From positions 1 through 64,000 of the forward strand of contig OZ244937.1 of NCBI GenBank assembly GCA_965222075.1: a stretch of DNA of 64,000 nt. The letters are read 5' to 3'. The first letter of the stretch is position 1; every line of letters begins with the position of its first letter. Under the pieces are notes generated by a model that was not told the DNA's origin, ran no database searches, and worked only from the letters and a program-made list of their open reading frames with translations. The translations under genes and the position numbers were made by a program. Positions 49,106 through 58,593 of this stretch are shown here, in pieces. Source of the stretch: Candidatus Latescibacterota bacterium (GTDB taxonomy: Bacteria; Latescibacterota; UBA2968; GCA-2709665).

Positions 49106-50293
49106 ATGATCAACGGCAAGTTTGGCGCCGGCATTATCGGATGTGGCGGCGTCTCGTCCAGGCATGCCCAAGCGTATCGGATGTTTTCCGACGACTGCGA
49201 TATTGTTGCTGTTGCGGATGTCAGTGAGGAATCGGCGCGGCGGTTGATGGATCAGTTCAAGGTGGCGCAGTGGTTTCCGAACTGGCGCGACTTGCTGGCA
49301 GATGAACGCATCGATGTGGTGAGTATCTGCACGCCCCACTACCTGCACGCCCCCATGACGATCGCAGCGGCGCAAGCAGGCAAGCACATCATCTGTGAGA
49401 AGCCGATGGCAATGACCGTGGGCGAAGCCCGCGAGATGATCGCTGCATGTAAGGCGCAGAAAGTGAAACTTTCCATCGGTTCCGAACGTTTCAATCCGCG
49501 TCACCGCTTTCTCAAAGAGAGGGTGCTCCCCGAACTGGGAGAGGTGACGTTCAGTTGGCTGGTGGACTTCTACTTCCGCGATGCCGCCTACTACGCCAGC
49601 GGCTCGTGGCGCGGCACGTGGGCGAAGGAGGGCGGCGGCATCTGCGTGAATCAGGCGATTTACACCTGGGACCAGTGGCAGTGGTTCTTAGGTGGAGTGG
49701 AGTACGCCTACGGGTACTGGGCAAATGTCCTCCACCCGACAATCGAGGTCGAGGACATCGCCTACGGTCTGGTGGCGTTCAAAGACGGCTCGTACGGCAA
49801 GGTCTTGGCGACGAGTTGCTGCGACGGAGAGCCGGGCGTTGCAGGGCTGCGTATCCACGCAGAGAACGGTTGCATCTGGGCGGACGATCCGTGGTTTTAT
49901 CAGGTGGATTTCACGCTGGACGACTCCGGATCGGATGCCGCGCTTCGTCAGGCGTTCCAGCAGGCTATTGACCCGGATTACAAGGGCATGCAACACTGCC
50001 AGGTGGCCGACATGCTCGCCGCCATCCGCGAAGAACGCGAGACGCTCGTGCCCGAGGCGACGGAGGCGTTGAAGATCCTCAACGGGATTCATTGGCACGG
50101 GTGGAACCATGTGAGCAGGTTCAAGGCGTGGGCGGAGGAGTTGGGTTTGCCGCCTACCGCAGAGGACGCAAAAGCACAGGGATGGAAGGGCGGCAGGCTG
50201 GCCGCTGAACTGGTAAACATCGTGAAGGCACGCACTCGCACCCTGGAGGCGCCGTTTCTGGTCCCGCAACACGCGAAACCTGAGGACAGTTAA
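49106..50293 (+). CDS. Gfo/Idh/MocA family oxidoreductase
   Basis: GIIGCGG, ICTPHYLH, KHIICEKPMA, WRGTWAKEGGG, EVED. Confidence 0.92.
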   Translation: MINGKFGAGIIGCGGVSSRHAQAYRMFSDDCDIVAVADVSEESARRLMDQFKVAQWFPNWRDLLADERIDVVSICTPHYLHAPMTIAAAQAGKHIICEKPMAMTVGEAREMIAACKAQKVKLSIGSERFNPRHRFLKERVLPELGEVTFSWLVDFYFRDAAYYASGSWRGTWAKEGGGICVNQAIYTWDQWQWFLGGVEYAYGYWANVLHPTIEVEDIAYGLVAFKDGSYGKVLATSCCDGEPGVAGLRIHAENGCIWADDPWFYQVDFTLDDSGSDAALRQAFQQAIDPDYKGMQHCQVADMLAAIREERETLVPEATEALKILNGIHWHGWNHVSRFKAWAEELGLPPTAEDAKAQGWKGGRLAAELVNIVKARTRTLEAPFLVPQHAKPEDS

Positions 50294-50330
50294 TTGCAGA
50301 GAGGGGTCAAACCCGCCCTGGAGGTGAACT

Positions 50331-52970
50331 ATGAAGACAAGGCTCGGTGTGGTCTTCGCGGCTACTGTCTGGGGCCTGTGGACAGGGGCAAACCTGGAGG
50401 CTCAGGGGTTGTCTCCGGCGGCCGTGGATTCGCTCTACAGGCGTGCGAGCAGCATGGATGCGGAGGGCATTCGGGCGCTGGCGAAGAGGCTGGAGGGGGC
50501 CGTGTCGGGCTATACGAACCCTTCGAGACTGCTGACCCGGATCGGCCAGCTCTACCTGCGAGTAGGAGAGGCCGACAGCGCGCGTTCGGCATTTCAGCGG
50601 GCCGTCGAAAGAGGGCCGGGGCTGACCTCCGCGCACGTCGGCCTGGGACGCGTCTATTTGGAGTTGAAGGACGACCCGAAGGGGGCGCTGCCCCACTTAG
50701 ATGCGGCTCTCAAGGCCGATTCTACCTATACCTGGACCCACACCTTCCTGGCCCGCGCGCTCACACAGATCGGCGGGCTCTTCCTGCGGGCGGAACTGGC
50801 CGACAGCGCGCGTTCGGCGTTTCAGCGCGCGATCGGTCACGACCCGAAGCTAACTGCTGCGCACCTCGGCTTAGGGCGCGTCTATTTGGAGTTGAAGGAT
50901 GACCCGAAGGGAGCGCTGCCCCACTTAGAGGCGGCTGTGGAGGCCGACTCCACAAATGTTGAGGCTCACTATGTCCTGGCCCGGGCCTACCGGGAGATGG
51001 AGCGGCTGGAGGCCAAGCATGCGGCGGACAGGGCGATCCGGTACAACCCGCAGTATGCCCCGGCCTACCTGCTGCTGGCGCAGGCGTATCAGGAGGAGGG
51101 CAACCGGCAGGCGACGGTGTTCTACTACAAAAAATACCTTGAGCAGAAACCGAAGGACCAGGAACCAGCCTACGCCTTTGCCCTGGATCTGATGCAGAAG
51201 AGGCGGTTTAAGGAGTTGGAAGAGATCACCTCTCTGATGATAGACAGGCGGGCGCTGCCCCTGCTTGCGCACGCGTTGATGCGGCGGGGGGACTACGAAG
51301 GGGCGATGGGGGCGTTTGAACTCTACGCCGAGACTTTAGACCCGGTGGAGCGGAAACTCTACACCGACATCTCCCTGGTGGGACTGCCCCACGAGATCAA
51401 GGCCTACAAGACGACGCCTCCGGAGAAGCGGGAGGCATTTCTGCGGCAATTCTGGCTGCGTCACGATCCGTTCAAGGCCTCAGGGGGGAGCATGCGCCGT
51501 GCGGAGCACTACCGGCGGGTCTGGGACGCCCGGACCTATTACGGGAAGGTGAAGTTTCCGTGGGATCGCCGCGGAGAGGTCTACATCCGCTACGGGGAGC
51601 CCGACTACCGCTCCTCTTCGCTGGAGCCGAACGCCAAGGTGCCTCCCGCAGTAGAGCGCGTACAGGACGAGATGGCCTACCGGCTCTACGGAGCATCGGG
51701 GTTCGAATTGTCCTTTATGGGACCGGTCTACCCCATTCGGACAGACCTCGGGCGCTACAGGCAATACGCCCAGGGGGATACGATGCGGGACGGAACCGAA
51801 TTAGAACTCTTCCCCGGGGTGGAGGTGCCGCTGGACCCCGAGTTCAGGATCGGGCTGAGTGGGTGGAAGCCGGTGACCGTCGGAAACAACTGGGCATCCG
51901 TACCCTGGGAGGTCTGGGTGTATGCCAACGTGGGGAATGGCTTAGAGATCGCTTTTACCGATGAGTTCCTTTCGGGCAGTTACGACTATGCCCCGATTCC
52001 TGGATTGGACGTTGATGACCTGGAAGGCCTCGATAAAGATACGTTCGTGGGGCAGACCGGTTACATGCGCATGGTGCAGCGGCTGACGGAACTCTCCCCT
52101 TCAGTCCGGGTGGCCAGGGTGTCGACGGAGGAGCCCGAACGCTATAATGTCACCGATTTCGAGCCGATCGACTTCTACTACGATGTGGTCTCTTTCCGGG
52201 GGCAAAACGGTCTGACGGAGGTACAGGTGAACATCAGCATCCCGATCGACCAGGTGGCCCTGCCGGGGGATGCCGACACCACTGTGCTGGTGGATCGCCG
52301 AGTTGCGCTGATGAAGAGCCAGTACACCAGCCTGTTGCCGGCGCAGCAGGACCTGGAGGTGCCGATCTCCGGACCGAGGCGGGGTCGGACGCTGCTGGAC
52401 CGAGTGGACCTGAGGGTTATGCCGGGGGACTACAAGCTGGCTGTGCAGGCGGGGCGTCGGCACACGCGTCTGTTCCAGTCCTACCTGCAGGACCTATCGC
52501 TTGGGGATTACTCGGGGGATGAGCTGGGGCTGAGCGACCTTTTTGTGGCAAGGCAGGTGGCCGCAGCCGAGGCCACGTCGGATCCCAAGTTTGTGCGGAG
52601 AAAGTGGAGCATTACGCCGCTGCCGTCGCACGTGTTCAAGACCGGGCAACACGTGTTTGTATATTTCGAGATCTACAACCTGGTGCGGGATGCGTTCGGA
52701 GCCACGCGCTATGAGGTGACCTACGAGCTCCACTGGACCGATGAGAAAGGGGCCAGGCTCTCGCCGCTGCTGACGAGGATACTGGGGCGGACGGGAGCGG
52801 CGGTGACGGTCAGCTACGAACAGACAGGCACGGAGGCGTCGGTTTCGGATTACGTGGGGCTGGATGTTGGAGAGACCGCGGCGGGACGCCACGTGGTCCG
52901 GATGACGGTGAAGGATCGGAACAGCGGGCAGGAGGTGACCAAGGAGGGGATATTCTGGGTGGCGGAGTGA
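50331..52970 (+). CDS. TPR + GWxTD-domain protein 2
   Basis: Signal peptide, TPRs, EHYRRV...PWDRRGEVYIRYGEPD, VFVYFEIYNL. Confidence 0.85.
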   Translation: MKTRLGVVFAATVWGLWTGANLEAQGLSPAAVDSLYRRASSMDAEGIRALAKRLEGAVSGYTNPSRLLTRIGQLYLRVGEADSARSAFQRAVERGPGLTSAHVGLGRVYLELKDDPKGALPHLDAALKADSTYTWTHTFLARALTQIGGLFLRAELADSARSAFQRAIGHDPKLTAAHLGLGRVYLELKDDPKGALPHLEAAVEADSTNVEAHYVLARAYREMERLEAKHAADRAIRYNPQYAPAYLLLAQAYQEEGNRQATVFYYKKYLEQKPKDQEPAYAFALDLMQKRRFKELEEITSLMIDRRALPLLAHALMRRGDYEGAMGAFELYAETLDPVERKLYTDISLVGLPHEIKAYKTTPPEKREAFLRQFWLRHDPFKASGGSMRRAEHYRRVWDARTYYGKVKFPWDRRGEVYIRYGEPDYRSSSLEPNAKVPPAVERVQDEMAYRLYGASGFELSFMGPVYPIRTDLGRYRQYAQGDTMRDGTELELFPGVEVPLDPEFRIGLSGWKPVTVGNNWASVPWEVWVYANVGNGLEIAFTDEFLSGSYDYAPIPGLDVDDLEGLDKDTFVGQTGYMRMVQRLTELSPSVRVARVSTEEPERYNVTDFEPIDFYYDVVSFRGQNGLTEVQVNISIPIDQVALPGDADTTVLVDRRVALMKSQYTSLLPAQQDLEVPISGPRRGRTLLDRVDLRVMPGDYKLAVQAGRRHTRLFQSYLQDLSLGDYSGDELGLSDLFVARQVAAAEATSDPKFVRRKWSITPLPSHVFKTGQHVFVYFEIYNLVRDAFGATRYEVTYELHWTDEKGARLSPLLTRILGRTGAAVTVSYEQTGTEASVSDYVGLDVGETAAGRHVVRMTVKDRNSGQEVTKEGIFWVAE

Positions 52971-52994
52971 CATCGACTCATCAGGAGGAGGCAT

Positions 52995-54260
52995 ATGGCG
53001 ACAACAGAACTGGCCCTCCACGGAGGGCCGAAGGCGGTGACGATCAAGGATCCGGAAGGGTGGCAGACCTTCGGGAGAGAAGAGGCCGAACGGGTAGAAC
53101 AGATGGCGGCAGAGGCGGATCTTTCCGGGCAAGGCACCGGGGTCACCAAAGCGTTTGAGGAGGCGTTTGCCGAATATGTGGGGCGGTCCTACGCGCTGTC
53201 GCAGATGAACGGGACATCGACGCTGTGGGCAGCCTACTTTGCGGTGGGGGTGGGGCCGGGGGACGAGGTGATCCACCCGACGTATAGCTGGATCGGGTCT
53301 ATTGCGCCGGCGGTGTTTTTGGGCGCCCGGCCGGTGTTCTGCGAGGTGGATCCGCAGACCCTGACAGCCGATCCGGAGGATATCGAACGGCGGATTACGG
53401 TGCGTACCCGGGCGATCAGCGTGGTGCACCTGTTTGGCAATCCATGCGATATGGATGCGATTATGGCCATTTCCCGCCACTATGGGATTCCAGTGATCGA
53501 GGACTGTTCGCACGCACACGGGGCGAAGTGGGACGGGAAGGTGGTGGGATCAATCGGGGACATCGGATGTTTCTCGCTGCAGGGGGAGAGGAGGGGGGCG
53601 ATGAGCGTGGGAGAGGGAGGGATCGTGGTGACTGACAACCGGGAGTATTACGAGCGGATGCTGATCTGCGGGCACCTGAACCGGAGGGGGGTGGCCGATG
53701 AGCTGACGCGGCCGGAGTATCGGGTACTGCGGAATACGTGTCTGGGGATCAAGTTCCGGGTGCACGCGCTGGGGATGGGGCTGGGGGTGGAGCAGCTGCG
53801 CAAGCTGGATGCGGTCAACGGGAAGCGGCGTGAGGTGCATCGGCGGTTGAACCAGATCGCCGAAGAGATCCCGGGTCTGGAGCCGGTGGTGGTCCTGGAG
53901 AAGGCGACGCCGGGGGGCTTTTACGGCTACCGGCTGCTCTACCGGCCGGAGGCGTTGGGCGGGCTTCCGGCCGAGACGTTTGTGGAGGCGCTGCAGGCGG
54001 AGGGGGCGGAGGTGACAGGATGCGATTTTCCGCTGCTGCACACCCTGCCGCTGTTTGCAGAGGGGTTCGATATCTACGGGGGGAACCGGGGCCCGCTGGC
54101 TGGGGACTATCGGGGCTACCGGGAGGGAGACCTGCCGGTTTCGGAGGCGGTGCACAAACGGGTGCTGGCGCTGCCGGGATTCACAGATCCGAAGCCAGGG
54201 GTGCTGGAGCAATATATGGAGGCGGTACGGAAGGTGGCGGTGAATGCAGGGATATTGTAG
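52995..54260 (+). CDS. DegT/DnrJ/EryC1/StrS-family aminotransferase-like protein 1 (expected PLP lysine absent)
   Basis: NGTSTL, GPGDEVI, IEDCSHAHGA, FSLQGERRGAMSVGEGG. Confidence 0.88.
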   Translation: MATTELALHGGPKAVTIKDPEGWQTFGREEAERVEQMAAEADLSGQGTGVTKAFEEAFAEYVGRSYALSQMNGTSTLWAAYFAVGVGPGDEVIHPTYSWIGSIAPAVFLGARPVFCEVDPQTLTADPEDIERRITVRTRAISVVHLFGNPCDMDAIMAISRHYGIPVIEDCSHAHGAKWDGKVVGSIGDIGCFSLQGERRGAMSVGEGGIVVTDNREYYERMLICGHLNRRGVADELTRPEYRVLRNTCLGIKFRVHALGMGLGVEQLRKLDAVNGKRREVHRRLNQIAEEIPGLEPVVVLEKATPGGFYGYRLLYRPEALGGLPAETFVEALQAEGAEVTGCDFPLLHTLPLFAEGFDIYGGNRGPLAGDYRGYREGDLPVSEAVHKRVLALPGFTDPKPGVLEQYMEAVRKVAVNAGIL

Positions 54261-54288
54261 ATTGTGGATTGAAAACTCCCAAGACATA

Positions 54289-54323
54289 GAATCCGAGATC
54301 AGAGATCCGAAATCCGAAATCGG
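54289..54323. repeat. Intergenic heptamer repeat (aatccga)n
   Basis: gaatccgagatcagagatccgaaatccgaaatcgg. Confidence 0.6.
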
Positions 54324-54334
54324 AGGACGAGGCG

Positions 54335-55657
54335 ATGGCAGGTAAAGACGGAAAGCTGGCGATCTTAGGTGGGCCGAAGGCGGTGACGGTCAAGCGGCAG
54401 GACCGGTGGGAGACGATGACGGAAGAGATGGTCCGGCGGGCGAGAGAGGCCGTGGAAGGGCAGGATATATCCACGCAGGGACAGAAGATCGCCCGGGAGC
54501 TGGAGGAGGGGTTTGCCGAATTTATCGGGGCGAACCATACGGTGTCGCAGCACAATGGCACGTCGACGCTGTGGTCGTCCTACTTTGCGCTGGGTGTGGG
54601 ACCGGGGGATGAGGTGATCCACCCCGACTTCACCTGGATCTGTTCGATCGCGCCGGCGATGTTTTTGGGGGCGCGGCCGGTGTTCTGCGAGGTGGATCCG
54701 AAGACGTTTCTGATTGATCCGGAGGATATCGAGAAGCGCATCACCTCCCGCACGAAGGCGATTTCGGTGGTTCACTGGGGGGGGAATGTGTGCGATATGG
54801 ACGGGGTGATGGATGTGGCCAACCGGCACGGGATTCCGGTGGTGGAGGACTGTTCGCACGCACACGGGGCGAGTTTTGATGGGAAGGTGGTGGGGACGAT
54901 CGGGGCGATCGGGGGGTTCAGTTTCCAGGGGGTGCCAGGGAGCGGGAAGCCGATCTGCGGGGGGGAGTGCGGGATGGTGGCGACGATGGACCGGCACCTG
55001 TACGAGCGGGTGCTGCTGTTCGGACACATCGGACGGACCGATCTGGCTGACAGATTTCAGGACCCGGCGCACAGGCGGCTGGCGCCCTACGGGCTGGGAC
55101 TGAATTTTCGGCCGTATCCGCTGGGGGTGGCGATTGCGCAGGTGCAGATGGGGCGGATCCGGAAGCAGAATGCGGGGCGGTGGGCCTACGTGCAAGCGAT
55201 GATCCGGGGGTTGGAGGAGATTCCGGGGATCGACCCTCTTTATATCTACCCGAAAGCACAGCCGGGGGGATTGTTCATGGCCTTGCAGGCCCGGTATCGG
55301 CCGGAGGATCTGAGGGGGCTGCCCCGGGAGGCCTATTGCGAGGCGCTGCAGGCAGAGGGGGTGCAGGTGCGGGCAGGCGCATACGCGGATGCGTTTGTCG
55401 CAAGCCAGGCAGGGGTGCGGCATATGCCGTATCACTTGCTGCCGCCGTTTTCGAGGGGGATTGATTTTTACACCCACGGGCGGGGGCCGCTGTGGGAAGG
55501 GTATGAAGGGTATGCGCCGGAGGATTTTCCGCAGACCCGGGAGGCGATTTCGCGGATGCTGCAATTGCCGATCCTGACGGATCCTGAAGAGGGGGTGGTG
55601 GAGCAGTTCCTGGAGGCGTTCCGGAAGGTGGCCGAAAACCACAGGTCGCTGTTTTAG
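54335..55657 (+). CDS. DegT/DnrJ/EryC1/StrS-family aminotransferase 2
   Basis: VEDCSHAHGA, FSFQGVPGSGKPICGGECG (lysine present), GLNFR. Confidence 0.92.
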   Translation: MAGKDGKLAILGGPKAVTVKRQDRWETMTEEMVRRAREAVEGQDISTQGQKIARELEEGFAEFIGANHTVSQHNGTSTLWSSYFALGVGPGDEVIHPDFTWICSIAPAMFLGARPVFCEVDPKTFLIDPEDIEKRITSRTKAISVVHWGGNVCDMDGVMDVANRHGIPVVEDCSHAHGASFDGKVVGTIGAIGGFSFQGVPGSGKPICGGECGMVATMDRHLYERVLLFGHIGRTDLADRFQDPAHRRLAPYGLGLNFRPYPLGVAIAQVQMGRIRKQNAGRWAYVQAMIRGLEEIPGIDPLYIYPKAQPGGLFMALQARYRPEDLRGLPREAYCEALQAEGVQVRAGAYADAFVASQAGVRHMPYHLLPPFSRGIDFYTHGRGPLWEGYEGYAPEDFPQTREAISRMLQLPILTDPEEGVVEQFLEAFRKVAENHRSLF

Positions 55658-55673
55658 ATATGAGGATCGGAAG

Positions 55674-56600
55674 ATGGGAATGGATATTCTGGAATTGCTG
55701 AAGCAGGGCTTTGTCCTGGGCGACGGCGGGTACCTCGAGGAGGCGAAGTTTCGGGGCTACAGCTCGCCGAGGGTTATTGTGGAGTTTCCGGAGGTGATGC
55801 GGCAAATCCACGTGGATTTCTTCCGGGCGGGTTCGCAGGTGCTGCAGGCCCACACGTGGTGGACCACCCTCAAATACCTGAAACAGCGCGGGGGCGACCG
55901 GGGTTGGGACGATCGGATGGAGGAGATCAACCGGAGGGCGGTCCGGTTGGCGAAGGAGGCGGCCGGTGGGGAGGCACTGGTGGCCGGGTCCCTGTGTGCG
56001 TCAGCTTACGGAGTCCACGTTTTTGACCCCAACGATAGGGCGGCCTGCGATGCGGCACAGGCGGAGTGGGACGAACAGATCGCCGTGATGGTGGACGGGG
56101 GGGTGGACCTGCTGATCTGCGAGGCGTTCCACTGGCTGGACGAGGCGCGGCTGGCCCTGGCGTGCTGCAAGAAGACGGGGATCCCCACGGCGGTCACGAT
56201 GAGCGGTGGCAACTGGGCGAGTTTGTGGCTGAAGACGGAGGGCTGGCCGGGAGAGGATGGTGCGTCTCCGGCCGAGTGCGCACGCGTCCTGGTGGACGAA
56301 GGCGCTGATATCGTGGGATCGAACTGCAGCAGCGAGCCGCGCACCATGTGGCCGATCGTGCTGGAGATGCGGGAGGCAGTGGATGTGCCCGTCGCTTTCC
56401 AGCCGGTCGGCTACAGGAGAACGGCCGCTGGCTGGCGGCCGATCCGGGAATCGATGATCGTCCCGGGGGTGGAGATGGCAGAGTACGCCCTGCGGGCGAA
56501 AGATCATGGGATCAATTACATCGGTGCCTGCTGCGGCGCCGGGCCCGAGCACATCCGTGAGATGGCGCAGGCGCTGGGGTGTGAACGAGAGCCGATCTGA
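55674..56600 (+). CDS. Homocysteine S-methyltransferase family protein 5
   Basis: LGDGGY, GSNC, GACCG. Confidence 0.9.
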   Translation: MGMDILELLKQGFVLGDGGYLEEAKFRGYSSPRVIVEFPEVMRQIHVDFFRAGSQVLQAHTWWTTLKYLKQRGGDRGWDDRMEEINRRAVRLAKEAAGGEALVAGSLCASAYGVHVFDPNDRAACDAAQAEWDEQIAVMVDGGVDLLICEAFHWLDEARLALACCKKTGIPTAVTMSGGNWASLWLKTEGWPGEDGASPAECARVLVDEGADIVGSNCSSEPRTMWPIVLEMREAVDVPVAFQPVGYRRTAAGWRPIRESMIVPGVEMAEYALRAKDHGINYIGACCGAGPEHIREMAQALGCEREPI

Positions 56601-56653
56601 TCAAAAACGCCACGGAATCCACGGAAGGACACGGAAAGGCAAGTGGGATATAG

Positions 56654-56782
56654 TTTCTCGCGCCGGGCGATCCAGAGGTTCAGACGCGTGTCATCCGACA
56701 GCGCGACGGCATTCCGATCGCCGATGATGTCTGGCAGTCTATAACTGAAGTTGCCGTGTTGCTGGGTGTAAAGGAAATTTGA
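56654..56782 (+). pseudogene. 3' remnant of an Ldh_2 (AllD/YiaK-type malate/L-lactate dehydrogenase) family gene
   Basis: Translates as FLAPGDPEVQTRVIRQRDGIPIADDVWQSITEVAVLLGVKEI*, matching the PG(E/D)PE..R...GIP....W C-terminus. No start codon; in-frame stop just upstream. Confidence 0.65.
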
Positions 56783-56784
56783 CA

Positions 56785-58482
56785 ATGAGGGTTAGCTTGG
56801 CCAAGAAAAGACAGGTCTATGAGGTGCGAGTGACTCGGAATGTAGAAGCGGTGATGCGGGATGGGGTGGTGCTGAGAGCAGATATCGCCCGGCCGAAGGC
56901 TCGGGGGAGATTTCCAGTGATTCTGGAGCGAACGCCGTATGGGAAGGAGGTCCCTGCTCACCTGGCGGCGGCCGGCTACGTGGTGATTACGCAGGATATG
57001 CGGGGGTGCTACGCGTCCGACGGCGAGCTTACGTGGATGTTTATGCCGGGTTACCGAGATGCGGAGGATGGCTACGATACGGTGGAGTGGGCCGCCGGGC
57101 TTCCTTTTTCGAATGGGAAGGTTGGGGCGTTGGGGTTCTCCTATCTGTCATGGGCGGCCTGGGAACTGGCGTCGCTACGCCCGCCCCACCTGGTGGCGAT
57201 GTTCAACGGGGCGTTTGCCACGCGGCTGACCGACTGGGAGGTAGGGGGGGTGTTCCGGACCGGCCGGGCGCTGAAGTGGCTTTTCGGGCACGGCGCAGAC
57301 CAGAGGCGCCGTAAGGGGATGGGTGGGTACCACACATCGGCGGAGGTCCGGGCGGCGTCTGTAAAAGACCGGGAGAAGGCACTCTGGTTTGTGCCGCTAA
57401 AGGAGATGCCGAACGAGTATGTTGAGGGGCTCCGGGAGGATTTTATCTACTGGCTGGACCATCAGAATGAGGATTATTTCAATTTCTGCGAGCGGCATTG
57501 TGAGGTGGACGTGCCGGTGTTCCATACCACGGGGTGGGCAGACCGGCTTGTGCTAACGGTGGACCACTTTACGGGGATGCAGAAAAACGGCCGTACGGAG
57601 ATGGCGCGGGAGAACCAGCGGATCATCCTGGGGCCCTGGTCCCACGCGGTGGACGGGCACCGGAAGGTGGGGGAGATGGATTTCGGACGGAGGGCAAGGG
57701 TCGATTTTAATAAGCTGATCATCCGCTGGTTCGACTACTGGCTGAAGGGGATCGAAAACAGGATCATGAAAACGGCGCCGGTGCGCTACTTTGTGATGGG
57801 GGAGAACCGCTGGTATGAGGCGGAGACCTGGCCTTTGCCGGAGGCACGGCCGACGGCCTACTTCTTCCATTCCAGGGGTTCCGCGAACACGCCCTCGGGA
57901 GATGGGCGTCTCTCGCGCAGGGCGCCTGGACGGGAGGCATCGGACCGGTATGCCTACGATCCCCGGGACCCGGTGATGACGCTGTTTTATGAGAATTGCC
58001 AGGATGCGCCCTACGACCAGCGGCAACTGGACGGCCGGGAGGATGTGCTGGTCTACCAGACACAGCCGTTGCGTAAACCTGTGCGCGTAGTAGGGCGGCC
58101 GGAGGTGCGGCTTTTTGCTGCGTCGAGCGCCCTGGATACGGATTTTGTCGTAAAGCTGATCGATGTACATCCGGATGGGTTCGCCCATCAGGTCTGCTAC
58201 GGGATCGTGCGGGCGCGCTACCGGAAGTCTTTTGACCGGCCGAAGCTGCTGAGACCGGGGAGGGTCTACGAGTATACGATCCAGATGCTGCCGACGGGGA
58301 ACCTGTTTCAGGCCGGGCACCGGATCCGGGTGGCGGTGTCGAGTTCGGATTTTCCGAACTTCGACCGGAACCACAATACGGGGGGCGACGATTACGGGGA
58401 GGCGACTTTCAAAGTAGCGCATCAGGAGGTCTTCCACGATGCGCAGCGGTCCTCCCGGGTGGTTCTGTCAGTGGTGCCGTGA
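56785..58482 (+). CDS. CocE/NonD family hydrolase
   Basis: MRDGVVLRADI, RTPYGK, QDMRG, DGYDTVEW, GFSY, GPWSH, SSSDFPNFDRN. Confidence 0.93.
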   Translation: MRVSLAKKRQVYEVRVTRNVEAVMRDGVVLRADIARPKARGRFPVILERTPYGKEVPAHLAAAGYVVITQDMRGCYASDGELTWMFMPGYRDAEDGYDTVEWAAGLPFSNGKVGALGFSYLSWAAWELASLRPPHLVAMFNGAFATRLTDWEVGGVFRTGRALKWLFGHGADQRRRKGMGGYHTSAEVRAASVKDREKALWFVPLKEMPNEYVEGLREDFIYWLDHQNEDYFNFCERHCEVDVPVFHTTGWADRLVLTVDHFTGMQKNGRTEMARENQRIILGPWSHAVDGHRKVGEMDFGRRARVDFNKLIIRWFDYWLKGIENRIMKTAPVRYFVMGENRWYEAETWPLPEARPTAYFFHSRGSANTPSGDGRLSRRAPGREASDRYAYDPRDPVMTLFYENCQDAPYDQRQLDGREDVLVYQTQPLRKPVRVVGRPEVRLFAASSALDTDFVVKLIDVHPDGFAHQVCYGIVRARYRKSFDRPKLLRPGRVYEYTIQMLPTGNLFQAGHRIRVAVSSSDFPNFDRNHNTGGDDYGEATFKVAHQEVFHDAQRSSRVVLSVVP

Positions 58483-58593
58483 GCCCTGAAGATTTAAACC
58501 CGACCTCGTCGGTTTTCAGCATCTCAAACCCAAGCGGGATCCGATCTGAGCGGTGCAGGTCGTCCCTCGATTATCTTGATCTTCAAGACAGGA

